Source: Terriglobales bacterium
Lineage (GTDB): Bacteria > Bacillota > Clostridia > Oscillospirales > Feifaniaceae
DNA: 25,709 nt
Direction: 5' to 3'
Assembly: GCA_035561375.1 (NCBI GenBank)
Contig: DATMXT010000237.1
Coordinates: 1 to 25,709, forward strand
The notes beneath the pieces are model-generated. The model was not told the origin of the DNA, did not search any database, and was given only the letters and a program-made list of their open reading frames with translations. A program made the translations under genes and the position numbers. Each line of letters begins with the position of its first letter. Within the stretch, counting starts at the first letter, position 1. Positions 24,574 to 25,709 of the stretch are shown piece after piece.

Positions 24574-24981
24574 TCAGCCTTCGGGCAGCTGCCCCGATTC
24601 GGTCAGCAGCCGCTTGGCCTCAAAATAGGTCTTTTCAATGATGGCGGGACACCGCACCGCCTTGAGAGAGGGGTCGGCTCCGATGACGTCGGCGCAGGCG
24701 ATACCGCCGTAGGCCCCTGTCATCTCGTCTTCAAACCATTCGGTGAGCCTCGGAATGAGTTCGGTTTTGGCCGTCTCCCGGTCGAAGAGATTCAGCATCA
24801 TGACGGCCCCCGTCAGCGTGCCGCAGAGCAGTCCGCTGTAAAGCCCGAGGCAGAGGCCGCCGGCGGCCTCGACAAGCCGCTCGTTTTCCTCCCCCTTGAG
24901 CCAGAGCCCCATGGCCACCAGAATCTGCGCGCAGCAGAGCTTTTGCGCTCGAAGCGCGGCGAGCATCTCTCGGTCGTCCAT
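24574..24981 (-). CDS. C-GCAxxG-C-C family protein (DVU_1555-like)
   Basis: CCAQIL, GGLCLG..SG.LCGTLTG, IAC, RCP. ATG 24981 with GGAGG RBS. Confidence 0.82.
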   Translation of the reverse strand: MDDREMLAALRAQKLCCAQILVAMGLWLKGEENERLVEAAGGLCLGLYSGLLCGTLTGAVMMLNLFDRETAKTELIPRLTEWFEDEMTGAYGGIACADVIGADPSLKAVRCPAIIEKTYFEAKRLLTESGQLPEG

Positions 24982-25031
24982 TCCATTCCTCCCCTCTTGC
25001 GGCGTTGCCACAGTTCTTCAGGATATAGAAA

Positions 25032-25060
25032 AGTATACCATATGGGGCATGCTCCGTCAA
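25032..25060 (-). promoter_or_regulatory. Strong sigmaA promoter of the Mop/TrsS cluster
   Basis: TTGACG, 17 bp, TG-g-TATACT, about 50 bp upstream of ATG 24981. Confidence 0.78.
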
Positions 25061-25117
25061 TGACGGGGGGTGCCCCAAAAAAGGGCGCGGGGTGCAAAAT
25101 CTTCCCCCGCGCCCCTT

Positions 25118-25391
25118 GGCGGCGGGAACCCTCCCCACACCGGTTTTGGCGGGCGCATTTCCGCCCAGACTTCGGCAAACCGCTTGCGAATACAGCAAGT
25201 ATTCGCTGCTCGGTTTTACTCGTCTGAACGAAAATCCGCTCCGCCAAAACTGCCTTGCACCTGTCGGCGAGCAATATTCGAGGGATTTTCGTCACGGCGG
25301 ACACCGCTTTGCTGACGCAAAGCACGAACAACAAGGCGAAAAGCACCGAATAGGGCCGCCGACAGGCGGTGCGGGTTCTACTCCCGCCGCC
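25118..25391 (-). mobile_element. MITE-like structured intergenic repeat, copy C (inverted relative to copy A)
   Basis: About 84% identical to copy A over 183 nt. Perfect 10-bp terminal inverted repeat ggcggcggga / tcccgccgcc. Confidence 0.72.
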
Positions 25392-25410
25392 TTAGGTAAG
25401 GTGAACTACT

Positions 25411-25709
25411 ATGTCCAAGGTATATACGTCCATTGACCAGCTCATCGGCAACACCCCGCTGCTTGAGCTGACAGGTTACGAGAAACTGCACGGCCTTGGG
25501 GCCACCATCCTGGCCAAACTCGAGTATTTCAATCCGGCCGGCAGCGTGAAGGACCGCATCGCAAAGGCCATGATCGACGACGCCGAGGAGCGGGGCATCC
25601 TGAAAAAGGGCGCGGTCATCATTGAGCCGACCAGCGGCAACACCGGCATCGGGCTGGCCGCGGTCGCTGCGGCCAGAGGATATCGCCTCATCATCACCAT
25701 GCCCGAGAC
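25411..25709 (+). CDS. cysK: Cysteine synthase A, N-terminal part (runs off the window)
   Basis: My translation: [17 protein letters not shown]...[17 protein letters not shown]...[22 protein letters not shown]. Not in the ORF track because it has no stop in the window. Confidence 0.95.
   Translation, partial: MSKVYTSIDQLIGNTPLLELTGYEKLHGLGATILAKLEYFNPAGSVKDRIAKAMIDDAEERGILKKGAVIIEPTSGNTGIGLAAVAAARGYRLIITMPE

Noticed and set aside
15315-24981. Selenocysteine read-through in the Mop/TrsS cluster
   Set aside because: All ORFs are complete without internal TGA, and the terminal TGA codons overlap the next gene's start, as ordinary stops do.

Overview
A 25.7 kb GC-rich chromosomal window from an anaerobic Firmicute. 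The Clostridia-like assignment is inferred from gene content and sigmaA-type promoters. It contains five modules. (1) A glycine betaine/proline ABC importer (opuA/busA type) with its busR-like repressor and a candidate BusR operator over its promoter (869-4805). (2) A minus-strand five-gene operon: DmpA-family peptidase, Asp/Glu-family racemase, archaeal/plant-type D-aminoacyl-tRNA deacylase (DtdA/DTD2), M20 amidohydrolase and MFS transporter (4875-10257). This looks like a D-amino-acid/peptide module with built-in translation protection. (3) An unknown membrane protein, a MerR regulator and a flavinylated lipoprotein reductase behind a classic 19-bp-spacer MerR promoter (10437-15271). (4) A minus-strand Mop/TrsS (DVU_155x-like) cluster: C-GCAxxG-C-C protein, Mo aldehyde oxidoreductase, nitroreductase, FAD/Fe-S/CCG oxidoreductase, small CxxC protein, radical SAM TrsS and a fused methyltransferase/CoA ligase (15315-24981). 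(5) The start of cysK. Three ~270-280 bp intergenic MITE-like elements (121-401, 8950-9220, 25118-25391) share a covarying hairpin architecture. The middle one is inserted at a duplicated TA between a stop codon and the next RBS. All family assignments come from motif recognition and counts were done by hand; no searches were run.
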